From Chrysochromulina tobinii (lineage: Eukaryota), in NCBI GenBank assembly GCA_001275005.1, contig JWZX01003165.1, positions 1 through 39,502 on the forward strand: a DNA stretch of 39,502 nucleotides. Direction: 5' to 3'. Made by a program: the position numbers and the translations under genes. Positions 11,145-25,700 of the stretch are shown piece after piece; position 1 is the first letter of the stretch, and every line of letters starts with the position of its first letter. The notes beneath the pieces were generated by a model. It was not told the origin of the DNA and searched no databases. It worked only from the letters and a program-made list of their open reading frames with translations.

Positions 11145-11687
11145 CGTGTCGGCGCAGGCGCTTGGAAGGAAGGTGACGTCGGGGGTCTCGCCGTCCGCGC
11201 CGATTCCGCTCGGGGGTCTCGTTACCGGTACGTACCGGTATCGGCAAATTCCGCACCAAAGCAATGACGACGCGTCGACCACCCTGTGACTGACCGACCA
11301 CCTTTCGCTGCCTCACTCACCGCGGAGCGCATGGCGCAAACGCAAATACGAGTAATGTCCTACAGTATCAGGCTACAGACTGCATCGGCGCCAGGCGCCG
11401 CGGTCTAAACTTAGTTCATGTCAGCCAGAGGACAACAACGCCGTGAATAAAGGAAGCCTTACTGAATGTGCTCCGGAAGCCAGCTGTGGTGGAAGGGAGT
11501 CGATGGAGACCATGGAGGGGGGTCCAAATTTTTGATGGACTTGATTGTTATTGATGTTATTGATCACGTTATCTTCGCGGAATTTTCTAGTGAACATATC
11601 CTGCGACGTCCACATTGCATCACCACGGGACCGAGTCTTGCCGTTCACAACCCCTACTCTAGGTCCTTCACACCTCATGTTCTAGAA

Positions 11688-13591
11688 ATGGAGACCTTCC
11701 TGCCTTCACCCATTGACGACGACGGCGACGCTACAGGTGACCGAGAGTGGGACAGCAGTTACCTCCTGCTTGCAGCTCTTGTCAATGAGGATGCGTGTGC
11801 ACGCCTCCTGCCTCCCGGCGTCTCGCTTCCTCCTGAGGAGGTGCTAGAGCTGGGCGCCGGAACCGGCGCCATGGCCTGCTCACTTCTTGCGTCACGCTGG
11901 TCTGGAGTACGGTACGTGGCCACGGACATGGCTTGCCGTATCGCCAACATAGAAGCCAACGCGGCCAAGAGCAAGTGCACCAGCTTGTACGCACAGCCAC
12001 TCATCTGGGGCAGCACGCCACCAGCACCAATGAGTGCGGGCGATGCCACCTACCTTGTTTTGATGTCCGACTTGATCTACTTTCACGGCAAGCACCTGCT
12101 CGAGCCCGACACACTCGAGCCGCTCGCGCAGACGCTCTGCATGGCGCTCTCACAGCGCAGGCGCTCCTGTGCCCTCTTCACGTTCAGGGAGCGCGACCCC
12201 GAGCGTGAGGCTCATTTTCGAGCCTTGTGCGTCGCACGTGGCTTGGCGGTCACAGAGCCGCTCGACGCTGACTATCTGGCGGGGCTCGTACCCGCCGCGA
12301 CGCACTCGGATGTTGAATCATCTGGGCCATTGAGGCTATGGCGCCTGACGCCTCCACAAGACAGCACTACACACGTGATTTCAGGCGAGGCGCCCACTCC
12401 CCCGGCGCCCGCAGCCACAGTGCCGCAGCATGCACTCTCTTCTGCGCAGCCGTCTGTACTCATACCGCAGCTCTCGATTACAGCACTCTCGGCCGGCTCT
12501 GTTCGCGCGCATCTCCGGATCAAGATCGGCCCAGATCTGCCGAGATTGGAGCCAGATCTGCCCAGATCGGAGCCAGATCTGCCGAAATCGGAGCCAGATC
12601 TACCCAGATCGGAGCCAGATCTGCCCAGATGGCGCCAGGGTGCCCTCGTAGCGAGCGAGCGAGAGCCTCGGCTGGTGCTCTACCCCAATTTCCTCTCTGC
12701 GTCGGAGACAGCGCACCTGCTCGACTTAAGTCGCTGGGGCGCGCTCGAGGCAGAGGCCGCTGCGATCTTCACGCCCGCGGCGACGCCTGCTGTCTCTTGG
12801 GACAGCGGTCGCGCCATTAACGCCGCGAGCAGCGGGCGCACGATCACCATCCATTTGCCCTCGCCCAGTGACGATCCTATCATCCAGGCCATCGAGGAGC
12901 GCTGTGCGGCAGCGACAGGCATCCCAATACACGCCGATGAGGAGCCTATAGGGGTGCGCCTAACGAGCCCCTCAACGGCCACCACTGATATATACATGAT
13001 TGCCCCTAATCATGGATGCCCCCTGATTGCCTCGCTCATCAGGTGCGCCATACGAGTCCCTCAACGGCCGACGAGTGCGGCGAGCGCTACTGCACCGCGC
13101 TTCACATCGACACGAACCAAGGCGGCCACTTCCGCGCCGCGACGGTGCTGCTGTACCTGCATGACATCGAGCACGGCGGCGAGACCCGTTTCCCGCTCGT
13201 CGGCGCGGCGGAGGGCTCGGAGATTCGACTTGCGGCCGAGCGCCTTGCGGATCTCGGCATCACGGCGTTCAGCCCGAGTGAAGACATCGAGTGGCCACCC
13301 CTCCACTTGCGAAAGCCGTTACTGGATGCCGCGGAGGCGGAGGGCGTCGGGCTGTGCATCCAGCCCAAGGCGGGGCTCGCCGCCGTCTTCTGGACGCATA
13401 CGCCCGATGGCCTGGACAAGTACAGCTGGCACGCGGGCGCGCGCGTGCCGCCTGAGGCCACCGATGGCAAGCTCATCGCCCAAAAGTTCAAGTCGCTTCC
13501 AGTCCAGTGGCGGCCAACACGGAAAGCAGATGCCGTCAGGCTGCCCGTTGAGTTGAGCCCGCCGTTAGGGTTAGGGTTAGGCGTAGCGTGA
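11688..13591 (+). CDS. Fusion of a METTL21-like (Methyltransf_16) protein methyltransferase and a prolyl-4-hydroxylase-like 2OG-Fe(II) oxygenase; exons 11688-12953, 13043-13591
   Basis: WDSSYLL, VLELGAGTG, ATD, LIWG and SDLIY motifs; then LYPNFLS..E, HID, ATVLLYLHD..GGETRFP and WHAG..K. A further in-frame intron may lie near 12450-12638. Confidence 0.75.
12954..13042 (+). other. Spliceosomal intron (89 nt)
   Basis: GGG|GTGCGC ... CTCATCAG|GTGCGC; joins the 11466 and 13016 frames in phase 0. Confidence 0.8.
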
Positions 13592-13790
13592 CCCAAACGA
13601 TGAACTCTTCGCGGCACTTTTCACTACAGGGAATTATTTGCTACACATTTTGGGAGCGGGCCACCCCATGCTCCCAGCGGCACGCACAGAACTGTGACAT
13701 TTGCGAGACGCCATGGCGTGGGCATGGTGCACCGACAGTAGTGTCGACTCGGGCGGCTGCGCGCGCGCCCTGCGCCCTCGTGCTCATCGT

Positions 13791-16700
13791 TTAGTCGTTG
13801 GTCATCGAGATCAGCGCGGTGCCGCGGCGCGTCCACAGGAGTGGGTCTTCCTTGCTCTTGAGCCAGAAGTTGCACACGTGGTTCGTCGAGTGGCCCGCGG
13901 TCGAGAGCGTGCCCGCGCGCACGTTCGTCTTGTAGAAGGGGCACTCGTAGTTGCCCTTGGCCCGATCGGGCCCGATTTTGTCGGGCATCAAGTGGAGGAC
14001 GTTCATCGGCGCGAAGAGCTCGCCCTGGTGCGACTCGGCCATGCACCCCTCCTTCGGGTCGAAGCGTGCGCCCTCCATGAACATGCCGTGGATGAAGACG
14101 CCGTCCGGAGGGGCCGCGGGCACGTCCTCGAGCCCCGCGTACGGCTTGACAAACGCGACGAACTCGAGTAGGTCGATGGCCTCCTTGTACTTGCGCGCGT
14201 AGGCCTGGAGCGCGGACGTGAAGAAGCCCTGTGGGAAGAAGACGGCGGAGATCCAGAACGACTTGGGCGGTCCGCCCGTGAGCCAGCCGCGCATGAACTC
14301 GACGCGCCCGACAAAGTCCTTGTACCAGGAGGCGAGGGGCTTGAGCGACGGGTAGCCCTTGCCGCCCTCGCCCCAGGGCCCCGGCACCTGCTGGAAGAGG
14401 AGGTTGGCGTATGCGGCGTCGAGTTGGGCGGACATGACGACGAGCCCCTTGAGGCCGCGCTGGAGCTCGTTGAGCATCGTCTTGATGGCACCGATCATTC
14501 GGTTGAACTTGTCAATCTCCTGCGAGAGGAAGATGCCGAGAGGATTCATCGAACCGTCCTCGAGCTTCGCAAAGGTCGACGCGCCCGCCTCCTTGAGGTT
14601 GAGATTCTTGGGCATGCGCGCCACGAGGTCGTCGCACACCTCGCCGACGACCTCATCGGACGACTTGCCGCCGCCGCCGCCGCCCGTGCGCGGCTGCAGC
14701 GAGATGATGGTCTCGAGCATGCCTGCGGACTCCTTTGTTTGGAAAGTGATGTCCGCGTTCAGGTGGAGTCCGAAGATCTCGGGACGGTCCACGAGCGGGA
14801 ACGTCGAGATGAACTGGCGGTACGTGTCGATCGGCCCCTCGGGCGGCGCGCAGTACCGGAACTTGGCATCCAGCTGCGGGCAGTACGAGAAGGTCGTCGG
14901 CTGCGCGATGGTCTGCGGGTCGAGGTACGACGAGAGGATGGCGCGCGTGAGGCGCACGTCCTGCTTGTCCGTCACGCGCCCGCCGTAGATGACGTCCGAG
15001 ATGATGATGTTGAGCGCCTCCCACGGCACCGACGGGTTCTGGTCGAGGAAGAGCTTGAGGTTCGCCTGCGCAAAGTTGAGGTCGGAGGTCATCCACTGGT
15101 ACGCGATGTTCCAGCCGATCGCGCCGTACTTGCGCCGCTCCTGAATGACCGCGTTGAAGAAGCACAGGCCGAAGAGCAGGTTCTTGAACTCGGTCGGCTG
15201 CGCGCATCCTTCGAGCGTGCTCACATCCATGTCGATGTACGAGCGGCCGATGTTGGCCTTGAGGCCCTTTGGAGGCTCCTGCGTGAGCTTGAGCGAGTTC
15301 TGCAGGATGGTCGAGGGGAACTCGGGCGTGGGCATCGTGGTGAGCCACATCCTAAAGTCCTCGGCGATGCCCGACGCGTCGCGAAGCTGCTCGAGCAGCC
15401 GATCGAGCGTGGGCAGCCACGAGACGGCCAGGTGGCAGTTCTGCAGGCACACCCAGTATCCCTTGCCCTGCCCCTCGGCCATCAGCCGCTCGGCGATCGG
15501 ACCCTGGCCCTGGCCGAGCGAGACCATCTTGAGATTGTCTCCGACCGAGTAGTCGTACTTGCGCCCGAGCGCGAGAAGGTACTGCGTCGGGTCGGCGCCC
15601 GAGGTGAGGACGAAAACGATCGGCACCTTGGACGACGAGTCATTGTACGTGGACTGCAGATCAAAGGGAGGCGGCTCCTTGAACGACTTGCCGATCGAGT
15701 TGCCCACGAACTCTGACGAGCCGAACGCGACCTTCTCTGGCCGGAAGGCCTTGACGAGCAGCAGCCGATGGAAGGCGGTCGCCTTCTTCTCCCAGGCGGC
15801 GGGCAGTGGCGCCGTCTCTGGCGTCTCGGACGTGAAGAAGGTCTCCCACGCGGCCGAGTCGGCCATGACCGACTTGCGCAGCCCCTTGAGCTCGTCGATC
15901 TCGGCGTCGGCCGCGAGCACCATCGCCCAGGCGCGCGGCTCGATCCACGAGGACGCGGCGCCCGCGTCGGGCAGCCCGTCGACCCCGATGCCGGCCTTGA
16001 GGAAGTAGGCCCACTCGGCGGGGGTGATGTCGCCGCGCTGGCGCAGCACGCCGACGGCGATCAGGAAGGCAAAGAGCGTCTTGTGCTTCTCGAAGAGGGC
16101 GCGGCAGATGTTGACGAAGATCGACTTTAGGATTTCGTCGAGGAGAGTCTGCAGGCGCACCGCGAGGTCGTCGCTGGGCGGCGCGTCGGTGACCGTCTTG
16201 CAGAAGACCTGCTTAAAGTACTGGAGCGAGAACTGGTACATCGGGTCGATGACGCGGAAGTCGGCGACCACGAAATACAGGATCGAGCCGCGCGTGGCCA
16301 CCGGCCGATATGCCTCGCACGTCTGCACGATCTCCTTGGTCGTCACCTCGGCGCCCTTGACCGACTCTTCGGTCTTCTTGGAGATCTTCTTGGACGAGTC
16401 GAGCGTGTTGATCAGCGCCTCGTCGTCGAGGATGTTGCCGCTCGACTCGGCAAGCAGCCGGAGGATTGTATCCTCGAGCTCCTGGATGGTCTTACGGCCG
16501 GCCGCGATCGAGATCACGAGCTCCTCCTTCTTCTGCTGCAGGTCGGGCCGCTCGAGCGACGCGACGTCGGCGAGCAGCTGGTCCTCGAGCCCCTCGATGG
16601 TGACGGTGAAGTTGACGATGGTCACCTTGATGCACACCTCGGGCGCGTAGTGCGGGTTGGCGAGCGGCGAGGTGATGTAGAACTTGAAGTTCTCCGAGTA

Positions 16701-19700
16701 GTCGACGTCCGTGTCGCCCAGGCGGAGCAGCATGCGCCCCTGCGACTTGTACACCTGCTTGAGCAGCACGGGATCGAGCGACGGGTCGAGCGCCTCCTGC
16801 ACGTTCTCGAGCAGCACCGGGACGCCCACGCGGATCGAGGACTCGAGCGTGCGCAGGAAGTCGCTCTGCGAGAGCTTGATGATGCGCAGCTTATTGTCCT
16901 TCTCGAGGTTCTTGATCCACCGGTTGGCCTGGCTTTGCGGGTCGATCATGAGCGGCCAGCGTCGCGAGCGCGTCACGAAGATGGCATTCTCGATCGAGAG
17001 GTTGTCCTGCGGGAGCCCCGCGATGCCCCATTCACGAATGGTCACCGGGTCGCCCAGGATGGCCGTGACGGGCGTGCCCACCGCCGGCGTCTCCTCGACG
17101 AGCACGTCGAGCTCCTTGACCTTCGAGATCCATTGCGAGTTGAGCGCGTTGCGATACTTGGCCGTGAACGGCCCCTCGTACGCGATCGCGCCCGCGCACA
17201 CGATGGTATTGCCGACGACGTTGCGTTGGCCCTGGTTGAGGCGCACGCACAGCTGCTCCCAGCGCGTCTTCTCGGAGCCGAGCCCACCCACGAGCTTATC
17301 GGCACGCTCGAGCTTCACCTTCGTGTCCGCCTCCTGCTCCTCGAGCTGCTTGGCCTTGCGCTGCGTGTCGTCGAGCTTCTTCTTGAGGCCGGCGACGCGC
17401 CGCTCGACCTCCTTGAGCGCGTCCTGCTTCTCCTTGAGCATGGCCTGGGAGTCGGCGAGCTGCTTCTGCGCCGCCAAGAGCTTCGCTTTCTTGGGCTCGA
17501 CCGTCTTGGCAACGCGTGCGTACGTATCCATCGCGCGCACCCACATGCAGAGCGACTTGGCCGCCGTGGACACCTTGCCCACCATCTCCGGCAGGAACTT
17601 TTCGTTCTTCATGTACTTTTGGATGTTCTTGATCTTCTTCTCCTCGATGTTGTCCTTGTCGTAGTTCTGGAGCTGCTCGAGGAAGTCCATGGCCGACATG
17701 AGCTTCTTCGCCTCACCCCAGTCGGGCTTGACACCGAGCAGGATGCACACGGCCTCGAGCGTGAGCACGACGAGCTCGGGCGGCTGCTTGTACGCCTTCA
17801 CCTCGTTGATGTCGTTCTTGTTCAGCGACTTGAGCGCATCGACGGACGCGTAGAAGGCGGGCATGGCCTCGTCAAGGTCGCGCTTCGCATCGGCGGCGAT
17901 AGCCTGGGCCTCCTTGGCGACCTCGCCCACGGCGGCCTCCTCCTTGGCGACGCGCTGCTTGACCTCGTCGGCGTTGGCCTGGTCGACCGACACCTCCTCG
18001 AGCAACTTGGTCGTGTCCTTGGCCGCCTGCACGAGCACGGGCTGCAGCTTCGTCAGCTCGTCCTTCATCGTGTCGACCACCGCGTTGGTCTCGATGAGCT
18101 TATTCACACCGCCCGAGTAGTGCGAGATCTTGCGCGCGACGAGCGACTTTTGTTCGCCGAGCATGGTGCTGTACAGGTTGAGCAGCTCGAGGTACGAGGT
18201 GGGCGTCGTGTACGTCTTGCGCCGCAGCTGCGCGAAAAAGTCGTCGCCTGCCTGGCCGACCGAGTAGTGGATCTCGACGCAGATGTTGCAGATGGCCGCT
18301 TTGGTCTCTGGGCTGCCCATGTCGACCTTTTCGAAGTAGCGGTTCGCGACGGCGAGCAGCGCGTCCTTGGGCCACGCGTCGAACCAGTCGATGGTGCAGC
18401 AGTTGATGAGCGACGGGAACATGCGGCAGCGCACGCGGAATGCATCGCCGATCGGCGAGACGCACATGACGATGTGCAGGTTCTCGCGCACGAGGGAGAT
18501 GAAGTGCTTGTAGATGTCGTCGCGCCCCTCGCCCTTGCCCGCCTCCTTGGCGAGCGGGCGGCACGCGGAGAGGATCCTCTGCATGTCCTCTTCGGCGAAG
18601 AGGTTGGGCACCTCGCCAGAGTTGAGGATGCCGTTGATGTCCTCGACCATCGCCTCCTTGATGATCTGCGTGTCGGAGAAGAGGAAGACTGTCGGCTTGT
18701 TCTCGCAGCCCGCGGCGAACATGAAGGTCTTGAGGTCGTCGTGCCACGCGTTGAAGTCATACGTGCGCGTGATCTCGATGCCGAGGCACTCCATCTCCCA
18801 CATCGAGGCAGCGAGGCGCGCGAGTGACGAGCGGCCGGAGCCGCCGACGCCGACGAGCAGCGCGCAGCCGCGCGGCTGCGTGATCACGCGCGAGATGCGA
18901 GCGAGGTGGAGGGTCGCGTCCGTGAAGAAGACGAGGTTCATCGGCTTCGTCGTGTTCATGTTGTAGTCGCTCAGGCACTCTGCGAACTTGTCGCCCGACT
19001 TTTTGACATCGAGCTCCTCGTAGACCATCCCGGCCACGCCGTTGGACGTGTTCATAAAGGAGCCAAAGACGAATTTGGAGATCGAGTCCGTGTCCCACTC
19101 CTTGCTGAACGTGGTCTTGACGGATTCGACGATCTCGTGGCGGAACCAGGTGCGGTCCTTGTCGGAGATGAGCCGGTCGCAGAAGACGCGGCAGGTCTCG
19201 TGGGCCCAGAGCCGCAGGAAGGCATCTGGGTCGGGCGCCTTGGCCGGCGTGATCTGGAGCGCGCCCTGCATGACGCGCGAGACGTCGCGCAGGTTGAACG
19301 TGTAGTGCGACTTGGAGGGCGTTGGAAGCATCTCGGCGAGCATCCGGTTGTAGATGTGGATCGTGGCTCGGACGACCGGCTCGCCCAGCTCGGTGATGTT
19401 GAGCGGGAACGACGACGCGGTCAGGAAGCCGCCCAGGATCGATGTGAAGATGCGCTGCATCGAGGCCGACGAGAGCGTCGGGATCCAGAGCAGGTTGAAG
19501 TGGCGCGTGAGGCGCGGCGTCATCGCGTTGCGCCCACCGCCCGCGGGCCCGCACGCGGCGAGGAAGGACGTGTTCTGCACCTTCTTGAAGAAGAGCTTCT
19601 TGAGGTCGTAGAAGCCGCCCTGCGCGAGCGTCTGGCGAACGAGCTCGATGGGCGGCTGCGCGCCGTACTTTTCGAGCGCGGGCATGTTGATGTCGTCGAC

Positions 19701-22700
19701 GAAGATGACGTTCTGACGGCCGGGGGGCGCACCCAGAAGGTTCTTGCGCAGCTTGTCGAGCTTGGACTCGAGCAGGTCCTGCATGTTCTTGGCCGCGGTC
19801 TGCGCCGAGAAGGCCGCCTGGATCGAGGTGAAGCCGGGGGAGCCGGGTGCGGGCGACTGCTGCGGCAGGCGCGAAAGGAAGCCCTGCACGAGCACCGACT
19901 TGCCCGTGCCCGTCTCGCCGACCATCATCACGTTCGTCGAGTTGTCCACGAGCACCTTGAGCAGGAACTCGAAGCACGTGGTCTCGCCCGTGGGCACGAG
20001 GATCCCAAAGTAGGGCATGCCCTTCTGGTACGTGAACGAGGCCGTCTGCGAGGCCCAGCTGACGAACGCACCATTGTCGGGCGACACGCAGTAGTCGTAC
20101 ACAGTTCCCTCTGTGGGGAACGTCGGGTCGAGCTCCTTGAGGATGCCGCACTCGCGCACGTACTTGTCGAACCGGGCGCGCGACGCGTCCTGCAGGTTGC
20201 CGCCGATGGCCCAGATGAAGCACCAGATGAACCACAGGTTGATCATGTTCTCGAGGCCGCTCTTGCCCGGGCTCACCCCATATTTGGGAAGCAGCGTCGC
20301 GTCGAGCAGGTTGAACATCGAGCGCACGATCTGCGGGGTCTGGCGCGGGCATGCCCACCTTGCACTCCTCGCGCACAAAGTCGATCGCCTTGAGCGAGTA
20401 CTTTGTGAGCAGCTTAGACAGGCGCGCGCCGTGCTGCGGCAGACGCTTGGGCAGCACGTTTTCGACCCACGACCTGATGTAGGGCTCAGTGCCGATGTAC
20501 ACGTACTCCATGTACACCATGCCGCAGCGCGAGACGGTGGCAGGGGAGGCGACGGAGAGGTCGTTCACCTCGAACATCATGTGCTGCGTCTTGGCGAGCT
20601 TGATGCGCTCACCGTTGGAGAGGCAGAGCATCTTATTGTCGTCGAGCACGGTGTTCATGTTCTCGATCCAGAGCGCGTCCACGGGCCCATCGAAGACGAC
20701 CCAGTTCTTGTTCTCGGACTCGTCGGTGACGCACAGGCGCACCAGGTAGGGCACGATGCCATCAGACCACTCCTGCGTCACCGTGTTCACCTCGCCGTAC
20801 AGCTCGCCCATCGTGATCGACTTCGGGTTGAGCCAGTGCTGCTTCGTCACCTCATACTTTGGAGATTCGTCACCGTCGCGCTTGAGCTGCGAGAGCGCCG
20901 CCGCGAGCATGTTCGTGTTCATCGTCTTGCCGGTGAGCGTGAGGCCGACGACCATCACGCCGTGGCGCACGAGCATCGTCTCGAAGAGCTGGATGACCTT
21001 GGCCACGTACGAGGGCACCGGCTGCATCCCGTTGAGCGTGATCTGGCGCTCGATGGCCTTCTGGAGCGTGCCGTAGTCCACATTCGGGATGGTGACTCCC
21101 GGGAAGAGGTCCTGGATGATGGCCACGAAGAGGGGCAGGTCGTGGTACAGGAACTTGGGCACGTTCGAGTCGCGGAGCGCGCGGATGAGGGTGATGTCCT
21201 CGGCAATCTGCGGGTTCTCGCGCTTGAGGCCGCCCGCCATCACGAGCACCGACTTGACGGCGCGCATGCCGAAGTCGTAGTGGTCCTGCTTCGAGAGCTG
21301 CTCCGACGAGAGCTGGTACAGCTTCGTCATCTTTGTCGAGAGCGGCTTCGCCTCGCCGAAGCCCTCTGAGAAGAGCATGATCTCGGCGATCAGCCGGTAG
21401 TCGGGGATCATCATCGCCACCGGCCGGAAGAGCGCCTTGAGGTTGTCGGGCAGCTCGGCGCGGCCGGCATAGCCCGGGTTCATCGTGATGAAGACGCCGT
21501 AGCCCGGGTTGAGGCTGATCTCGCGTCCCTCGAAGATGAAGCGCTCCACCTTCATCTTGACCGCCTCCATGATCGTGAGCACCTGCTGTGCGATCACCGA
21601 GAGCACCTCGATGTCGATGCGGTTGAACTCGTCGAAGCACGCCCACGCGCCCGACTGCGCGAGGCCAGAGAAGAAGCGGCCCATCGTGGGCACGGTGAGG
21701 TCAGGGCCGCAGTTCATGACCACGCACTGGCGTGCGAGGGCCTTGGCGAGGTCCTTGGTCGTCTCGGTCTTGCCCGTGCCCGCGGGGCCCGCGGGCGCGC
21801 CACCCATGCCGAGGTTGAGACCTCCCGTGAGCGTCATGTAGCACTTGTCGGTGAGGGGCGTGACAACGAGGCGCATCGAGTTGCCCAGGTACTCGTACCC
21901 GTACCGGAAGTACGTGTTCGTCTGGCGCAGCGCGCAGTCGTCGACCTCCTCGTCCCACTGGTAGCGCAGCTGCTTCTGCCACTCGAACTCGTTGACCCAG
22001 CCGACCTTTTTGTGCACGAGCTCGGAGTTCGTGTCGCGGCAGTGCACGTCGAGCGTCAGCTTGGCGCCGATGACCTGGCGCTGGTTGGGCTTGAGCTGCC
22101 GGCGTACGATCGAGACCATGTACCCGATCGACTGGATCCACTTCTCCGAGTAGATCTTGAGAGCATCCGGCTTCCCCTCGTCATGGATTTGTGTGAGCGC
22201 CATGTCGACGCCCAACGTCCACTCGATCTGGCCGATCATGATGATCGACTGTGCCGGGAAGCCGAAGAACCACTGGTCGAGCGGCCCGTTCTCGGCGCCC
22301 ATGCGCGCCTCGGAGAACTTGTCGGGGAGGACGAACTCAATCTCGAGCAACCTCAGCCACGCGTTCTTGCAGTTGGTGTAGAGGGCCTCGATCATCGCGA
22401 GCTGCATGTTCATCAGCCACACCTCGACCGGGCCCTCGGCCATCGGGCAGTTGACAAACGGGACGACCTCCGCCTCGCCCGAGATGATGGCGAGCATCTT
22501 CTTGGCGTCCTCCATGTCGCCGAACTGCAGGCGCTTGATGGCGTCGAAGCACTTGATGAGGTGAGGCTGCACCGCGTACGGGTCGCGGGTCTGCGAGAGG
22601 ATCTCGAGCAGCTCGTCGTTCGAGAGGAAGTAGAAGCGCGGGAAAGCGGCGCACTTGAGCTCGAGGTAGTCGTTCAAGCTCTTCTGGATCTCGTCGAGCT

Positions 22701-25700
22701 GCTTGTTCGCGTCGAGGAAGGTGTCAAGGAGCCCTGGCACGGTCACCTGCGCGATCACGTTTGGATTGTCGTGGCACTTGCGCATGCGGTCGATGAAGAA
22801 CTTGTTGATCTTCGTAAACTTTTGCGACTCGGCGGGCAGCTGCTTCTGGATGTCCTCGGCGCCAAAGATGTTCTCGAGGTACATCCACGAGCGCTGGCAC
22901 GTGAGCCACTCGTCGAGCACCTCGGAGAGCGTCGAGAGCTTCTTCTCCCACTCCTCCACCTCCGTCCGGATGCCTCCGACGAAGCGCGAGGCGAGGATCG
23001 TCTGCAGGCCCACCTGCGAGTCCTCGAGCTGAACCACGACCTCATCGATACCGCCCACGATGAAGATGTCCGCCTGGTCACGGTGGTTGAGCGTGACGAA
23101 GCCAATGTCGGCCCAGCCTTTGCGGATCTTCTCGAGCAGCTGCTCGAGGCCGAACTCGCCACTTGCGTTGTTCGAGGTCTCGTTGATGAACTCGGCCTGC
23201 TTCGTGGCGCCGTACGAGAGGAGCTGCTCGAGGGTGAAGGGCGCGCCCGGGTAGTACGACTGGCCGAGCTTGTCGTACAGCTTGGCCCAGTGCCGGTCCT
23301 TGCCCACGACCGCGAGGTTGGCGAGGTCCTGGATGCACGGCATCTGCTCCTTGAAGTCCTCGACGCTCTCCTTGAACATGGTCACCACCGGGTCAGGCAG
23401 CCCATTCGGACCTGGCCGCTTCGAGAGCTTGTGCGCGTCCTTGTAGTTCTGCGCGACCTCCTTGATCAGTTCCTCGACGTTGAGCGCCTTGAAGTCGACT
23501 GCCTTCCAGGCGTACAGCATCTCGTTCCACGTGTCCAGCTTGGACCACAGCTCCATGCGCAGCTCGTACTGCCCCATCGTGTCGTTGAGCTGCTTGAACT
23601 CCTGCGGAGGCTGCTTGAAGGTCTCTTGCATCGCCTTGTAGCCCTCGGCCTTCTCCGCGATGGCGGCCATCTGCTCTTTGGTCGCATGCAGACGCTCAAG
23701 CACCACCTTCGGGTCGACGGTCGGGTCGACGTAGTCGCCGGTCGAGAGGCTCGCCATGATCGACACGAGGTCCTCGTTGAGGTTGGCAATCGACTTGTTG
23801 AGTGTCGCGACCATCTGTTCCATCTTCTCACCCACCGCGCCGTCGGCGGAGCCCGTCTGCTCGGTGAGTTTGTCTCGTGCCTCCTTGAGATCATCCTTCT
23901 TGACGGCATCCGCCGCGGGCACCTTGACCTCGTACATCTCGAGCAGGTCGTACATCTCGTTCACCTGCATCGCGCGGTCCTCCATGTCGTTGCGCTCGAT
24001 GCGGATGCGGTTGAGGTTGTCGCAGTAGTCCGCAAAATCGCGCAGTGAGCGCGGCTGCTCGGACAGGTCGCGAATCCGCATCTGGTACGACGCGAGTGCC
24101 TCGGCGCAGAACTCGCGCGCCACCGACAGCAGCAGCGTACGGCACTTGTTGAGCGTCTCTTGGCAAATGGGCATCAGACCGTTCTTGAGCGTCTTCGTGT
24201 CGACGTGCAGGTTGCGCTCGGTGCCCGAGGTTTTCATCTTTTCGAGATCAATGACCCATTTCTTGATCTGGCCCATGTCCTGTCTTGAACGCCTGCACGG
24301 TCTCCTTGAACGACGTGCCCTCCTGCTGGCGCTCCGCGTACGCGTCAAAGTTGAAGTGCTGGCCGAAAAAGTGGATGACGCGGTACATCTCAAACTCCTG
24401 CGCGTACGCGTACGCGCGCACGAAGTCGGTGGCGACGGCCTCCTGCAGCAGCTTCTGCACCTCGATGAAGCGAGTGTCGTGCCGCACCACCTTCGACACG
24501 TCCGGCCCCTCGATGCGTCCTGAGTGGAAGTACCTGCCAAATTAGGGAGGTCATTAGGGGATCTCATTCAGGGAGGTCATTAGCATCAGGGGAGGCTCTT
24601 AGGGGAGGGCATTAGAAGAGGTACTCACGGCTTGAACGGGCGCATGTAGAGGAGCCGCGGCACCGTCTGCACGTTCGTGATCATCGCCTCGATCATGGTG
24701 ACGAGCGAGGCCGAGAAGGTCTTGAGCGGCGGCGAGAAGAGCGTGTCGTCCTCGCCGTACTCGACCGATGTGATCCAGAGCCCGTTCTTGCGCGGCGTCG
24801 TCATCGTGTTCAGCAGGTTCTCATTCGAGGCGACCGTGAGAAGGTAGCAGGACGAAACGGACATGTAATCCGCGAGCCGGATGAAGTCGCCGAGCATGAG
24901 CGACTCCCCCTGCGCCTGCTTGACCGCGCGCAGCTTCTCCTGCTTCTCCTCGCGCTCCGCCGCCATCGACTTCGAATGCGTCTTCATAGGGAGGGCACGC
25001 TTGCCATCCTCGCCTTCGCCGCCCGTGACCGAGGCGGAGAGCGGGTTATCGTCCGAGAGGCGCGAACGCGAGGTGACGTCCTTGCACACCTTCTCGACGA
25101 GCGCCTGCAGCTTGTCGATGATCTGCTCAAAGGCCTTCGCGGCCTGCAGCTGCTGCTGCTGCTGCTCCTCGAGGAACGCGTCGATCGTCAGGTAATTGGG
25201 TGACGCGGGCGCGAGCAGGCGCGTCTTATCTCCCGAGCGGAGCTCGTAGCACAGCGCGTTGATCTCGAGCAGCGTGCCGCAGAAGGCGACCTTTGACAAG
25301 AAGAGGCGCTTGCACAGCTGGCGCCGGCACGCGTCGAAGAGCTTGTACCGCACGTTCGCGCGCCACAGCCGGAAGATCTTCGCCGCAAGGAAGCTCTTGA
25401 AGAACCGGATCGATGTGAGCACGTTGAAAAAGGTCGACTGCTGCATCCACGACGAGAGTTGCGTGAACTCGGAGGGCGGGACCTCCTTGCTTCCGTTAGA
25501 GGCCCAGCTTCCGCCGAACACGTGCACCACGCCGCACGCGGACATGGTGAAGTACTCGGGATCCGTCTGATCGCGCGACACGACCGTCAGGTCGTACGGC
25601 CGGAACTCGTCGCCCGTCCGAGCGCGGTTGAGGTAGACAAACTTGACGGGGGTGTGGCTGCTATTGCGTGCGAAGAAGTTGGCGGCCTGGTCGCCCGTCT

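Noticed and set aside
13565..13581. TTAGGG telomere-like repeat
   Set aside because: It has fewer than 3 units and sits inside the CDS end (LGLGLG), too short to call an interstitial telomere.
18757..20335. C-terminal part of the 1936-aa ORF as real protein, or programmed frameshifting in dynein
   Set aside because: It is out-of-frame read-through past a 1-nt indel in a 4-nt homopolymer. No slippery heptamer is evident, so sequencing error is the simpler explanation.
14424..24048. Long + strand ORFs opposite dynein
   Set aside because: They are antisense frames kept open by high GC3 codon bias and show no recognisable motifs.
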